Source: Mobula hypostoma
Lineage: Eukaryota
Direction of reading: 5' to 3'
Assembly: GCF_963921235.1 (NCBI RefSeq)
Contig: NC_086097.1
Coordinates: 90,212,001 to 90,276,000, forward strand
Length of the DNA: 64,000 nt
Below the pieces are notes generated by a model. It was given only the letters and a program-made list of their open reading frames with translations, was not told the origin of the DNA and made no database searches. Positions 49,879-64,000 of the stretch are shown piece after piece (position 1 is the stretch's first letter; every line of letters begins with the position of its first letter). The position numbers and the translations under genes are program-made.

Positions 49879-51237
49879 GTAGGTGTTGTTTTGCAGGCCG
49901 ATCCCACATGAGGATTTGGGGCGAGGCGGGGAGAGAGGGTGATGAATTCCAGAACCTTGCCGTGTCAGGGCGGGGTATCTTCCCCCCAGCCCCGATCCTT
50001 TCACTTCAGCTTGCTTCTCTTGGTTGTTGATCTTGCCTGTAAAGAAATCGGGATGAATGAGAAGGACCTGCCTTTTCTGTCTAAAGTGAACAAAATGGCT
50101 AACTATCATTCATTATTAAATTTCTGCAGCTATGTCCACCTCTCTATGTATCCACTTTGAATGCTCTCCAGTGCTAGCCGGTGATTTAAAATGCGTATAG
50201 TTTCAGATGCTGTTTAACTTGAATAATACGGTATCCGCTTTTTAGTTTAACAAAACGTGCAAAAGCCTGATAAGCTAATGCACAGTGTTTTATTCATTAT
50301 CCCACGTCCTTATCTGGGATGAATTAACTTATTGATTTCTTATCTGGTCATCTAATATCCCAGTCACTCTGAGCTGGGAACTGCAAAATTTGGCAGACTA
50401 TCTCCTTCATATCACCTTCCACTGAGTTCTGAGAACTAAGTGAATGTCTGTGTTGGATGGGACAATAGTTGTGAAATGGCCTTGCCCAGCTTGGCAAAAT
50501 GCTCACTTGGGTGAGCAACCTTGGTGTGCTTGTGCTATTTTTTTTCCCTCTAGAGTGTGGTGCTTTTGTTTTCCACCGGAGCTATTATCTTGCGTCTCCT
50601 CCACTCTTGCCTTTGTTATGTGAGGAGCTTATGTTTTTTTTCTTACAAATTTGAGACTAGGACTGAAACTACTGTATCTGTTCATTTGGTTTTTTTTGTC
50701 TACCTTTTGTACCAGGCTAAATGTTTACTACTGCTGTGGGCCAGAAACTACCTGCTTGCTCCAAACTGATTGTGAGATACCCCAACTCACTTTGATCAAA
50801 GAGTTTGTGCCAGAATTTACCCAATATTGTACATTTGGATATTTTCTCTTGTTTTTTTTTGTTTTCAATGCCTCTTTTTTTTTTGAAAAATACACCACAT
50901 GTTATTGCAAATTATTATCCATTTAAAATTCCATCTTTTTTTAATCCAAAGTCATTGACTACACAAGACTGCAGATGCTAGAATCTAGGACAACAAAGAA
51001 GCCCCGGGGTCAGGAAGCATTTGTGGGAGAGAGGGGAGGAGACCAAGATGATCGGTGGACTTGGGAGGGGTAATGATAATGGACCAGTTGTGTTCGGTGG
51101 GAAAGTGAGAGTTGGCAGACAATGGCAGGTGGATGATAGAAGTAGATAGAGGGTGGATAAAAAAAGAGATGGAGTGAGTTGGGAGAGGTTCTTTGAGTGT
51201 GTTTTAGCTTTCAAATAAGAACTTATTTTTTTCCTAG

Positions 51238-51612
51238 CAAAAACAAGAGAAAATTAGCAGATGCTGGAAATTTAACACACAAAATGCTGGAGGAGGGACT
51301 CAGCAGGCCAGGCAGCATCTATGAAAAAGATGTTTTGGGTCAAGACACTTCAAGACTGGGAGGGGGGAAAAGTTGAGTCAGAGTAAGAAAGTGGGGGGTG
51401 AGGAAGGGAGGAAGAAACATGAGGTGATGGGGGAGGGGTGAAGTAAAGAGTTACAGGCTGGAGAAGGGGGAATCTGATAGAGGACAGAAGGCCATGGAAG
51501 AAAGAAATGGGGGAGGAGCACCAGAGGGAGGTGAAAAGGAGGTCAAATGACAGGGGGAGGCATGACCAGAAGTTTTTTTCGGTCCTGCGGAAGGGTTTCA
51601 GCCCAAAATGTC
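51238..51612. mobile_element. PLE tail remnant (reverse) with a short forward degenerate hammerhead segment, in intron 1
   Basis: AAACAAGAGAAAATTAGCAGATGCTGGAAA...CAGCAGGCCAGGCAGCATCTATG as at 48550-48760, then GGTCCTGCGGAAGGGTTTCAGCCCAAAATGTC. Confidence 0.65.
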
Positions 51613-52856
51613 ATAGAAACATAGAAAACCTATAGCACAATACAGGCCGTTCGGCCAACAAAGCTGTGCCCAACATACCCTTACCTTAGTACTACCTAGG
51701 CTTACCCATAGCCCTCTATTTTTCTAAGCTCCATGTATCCATCCAGGAGTCTCTTAAAAGACCCTATCGTTTCCACCTCCACCACCACCGCTGGCAGCCC
51801 ATTCCACGCACTCACCACTCTCTGCATTTAAAATAAACTTACCGCTGACATCTCCTCTGTACCTACTTCCAAGCACATTAAAACTATGCCCTCTTGTGCT
51901 AGCCATTTCAACCCTGGGGAAAAAGCCTCTGACTATCCTCACGATCAATGCCTCTCATTACCCTGTACACCTCTATCAGGTCACCTCTCATCCTCTGTCG
52001 CTCCAAGGAGAAAAGGCCGAGTTCGCTCAACCTATTCTCATAAGGCATGCTCCCCAATTCAGACAACATCCTCGTAAATCTCCTTTGCACCCTTTCTATG
52101 GTTTCCATGTCCTTCCTGTAGTGAGGTGACCAGAACTGAGCACAGTACTCCAAGTGGGGTCTGACCAGGGTCCTATATAGCTGCAACATTACCTCTTGGC
52201 TCTTAAACTCAATCCCACGATTGATGAAGGCCAATGCACCATATGCTGCCTTAACCACAGAGTCAACCTGCGTAGCAGCTTTGAGTGTCCTGTGGACTCT
52301 GACCCCAAGATCCCTCCGATCCTCCACGCTAAGAGTCTTGCCATTAATGCTATATTCTGCCATCATATTTGACCTACCAAAATGAACCACCTCACATATA
52401 TCTGTATTGAACTCCATCTGCCACTTCTCAGCCCAGTTTTGCATCCTATCAATGTCCCACTGTAATGTCTGACAGCCCTCTACACTATCTACAAAATCCC
52501 CAACCTTTGTGTCATCAGCAAATTTACTAACCCATCCTTCCACTTCCTCATCCAGGTCATTTATAAAAATCACAAAGAGATCCTAGAACAGATCCCTGAA
52601 GCACACCACTGGTCACTGGTCTCCATGCAGAATATGAGCCATCTATAACCACTCTTTGCCTTCTGTCGGCAAGCTAGTTCTAGATCCACAGAGCAATGCT
52701 CCCTTGGATTCCATGCCTCCTTACTTGCTCAATAAGCCTTGCATGGGGTACCTTATCAAATGCCTTGCTGAAATCCATATACACGGCATCTACAGCTCTT
52801 CCTTCATCAATGTGTTTAGTGGCATCCTCAAAATATTCTGTCAGGTTCATAAGGCA
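51612..52856 (-). mobile_element. CR1 LINE, 5'-truncated, in BUB1B intron 1
   Basis: ORF 51908-52573 (IFINDLDE...KFADDTK...LVRPHLEYCAQFWSP) and a CATAGAAACATAGAAA tail. Confidence 0.9.
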
Positions 52857-53874
52857 TCTGCCTTTTTTTTAATATGTTTTTCTTTTATAAAAGCTAAATG
52901 CAGTTAGCTGCTCCACCAAGCTTTGGTCATTAAAGTACTTTACCCCCTAGCATTCAACAAGGTGTGGGTTTCTTACTTTCTCTCATTCTATATTGCAACG
53001 CTTCCCAGCCTGGCACTGGCTTCTGTGATCTTAAACCCAGGGATACGTCAGGCCTGCATCTGGATTCTGGTTCGTATCCAGCTTTGGAAATAGTTCGTAT
53101 GGGTCAGTCACTAATATTACAAGTTTAATAATGACCATCCTGATTTGGTATACAATAATGGGGTATGTATGCTTTTAACCCAATTGAAAACAATGTGGGC
53201 ATGTGTGCTTTATCTTAAGCCAGCTTACAAGGATCTTTCGCCTTCATATGGAAGTACAATTTAAAATTGTGGTTAGTAAGGAGAGATGCTTTTAAGTAAA
53301 TGGAATACTTTTTTCCCCCTCAAAAAAAAAGTACCGTAAAGCCCTCTTAACATTTGAAGATTTGTTCTGCTTAATACCCACTCCTTGCAGGTAATTCTTT
53401 TTAAAAAAAAATTGTATATATACATATATATAATGCGCTGGAATTTCTAGTAATTCATCTTCACCTTAACTAGGCTGTTGGAAGGTATGCATCTTTATTT
53501 CTGGAATTACGAAGAGTAATTGAGTAGGTTTTTGTTTTAAAGCTCGGCCATCATTGGAGGATGGTGAAAATGTGCTTTAAAAATTATACTTTGCAAAAAT
53601 AGATTGTGTATTAGTTCATCTTTTCTAAGAATATTTTCCTCCAGTATTTTTCCAGTTCAACTTTATTGCTTAAAACAATGCTACTGAGTCATTTTTCATC
53701 CTTTTAAATAGCATATTTCACACATCACAATCACTCTGTATTAAACCATTTTCCCTTCACTATACAGTTTAAAAAATCCCGTGCTATTTATATTTGTTTT
53801 ATAAATCAAATCTGAAGGTGGAAATGTGTATTTCATTTGCAGGGTTCTGTTTATGAAGGCTGACAACTCTCAAA

Positions 53875-63256
<9,382 letters not shown>

Positions 63257-64000
63257 GTAACTGCTTGTATATCTCGGATCTGAACTTCCAATTTTTATTT
63301 TCACTCGTGGGCACTTTTTCAGTTTTAGGGCAAAAAACAGTTGTTTAATTATTTAAACCAGTCAAATCCACTTTCAGTCTAATACAGCTAAATCAAAATA
63401 ACAAAGTTCATTGCTTCTGTCCTGAAATCTTCATTACTAAAATGCTATCAAAAAATAAAAACTTAGATTAAATTGTAGTTGTCCACATTGATTCAAACAG
63501 CCTTTACTGCTAAATTGTGGGGTCATTTTAATGAGTTTGCACACACTGTTTGTTCCCAGTCGGGGAGAGCATAAATAGTTGTAGGAATAGGCCATTTAAC
63601 CCGTATGCCCGGTTTGCTGCACAGTAAGGTTTTAAAAATAATTTTCAGGGCATCCTTGTCAGGGACCTCCTAAAAGTCGTAAGTGCAGCCATTCACTGAT
63701 TCATCTTCATCTATACTAATAGTTTTTCCTTGAGGAAAACAGGTTTATCAATATTCTTGCCCTGTGATAAATCAATGTTTATTCTAATTTCTTGCAAGTG
63801 CATAATTAATAGATTTCAGTTCTTTTTTCATTACTGCCTGACTAGCTTTTCAATTGTTTCATTTGTTTTTTCCTTCCTTAAAAGCAGAAGGTATAAAATC
63901 TAACCCTAATCTGTGGAAGTTCCCTGTTCCATTTCCAGATGGATTTCTCTGTCTGGTTTGTAAAGGCAGATATAAAATTTTAATTTTTCTGCCATTTCTT

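Overview
Vertebrate genomic DNA, most likely a cartilaginous fish (ray or shark; inferred from the repeat families). The first ~49.4 kb is intergenic and made almost entirely of retroelements: Penelope-like elements (PLEs, GIY-YIG endonuclease) carrying minimal hammerhead ribozyme motifs, CR1 and Rex1/Babar LINE fragments, V-SINE and Deu-type SINE remnants, four Gypsy/Ty3 LTR retrotransposons (two of one tRNA-Trp-primed family, one Mag-like, one older element with nested insertions), a solo LTR, a mariner-type MITE and a decayed Tigger/pogo transposon. From ~49.5 kb the + strand holds the 5' part of BUB1B (BubR1): a CCAAT/CHR cell-cycle promoter, a probable non-coding exon 1 and four coding exons (KEN1 box and TPR domain). 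The gene continues beyond the window. The most interesting signals are the PLE hammerheads and inverted-tail architecture, a -1 frameshift cassette that one Gypsy copy has hard-wired in frame, apparent gene conversion between two Gypsy copies 24 kb apart, a palindromic double CHR and an overlapping uORF at the BUB1B start. I found no clearly new biological system. Family names come from recognised motifs rather than database searches, divergence figures are by-eye counts, and edges of old repeats are approximate.
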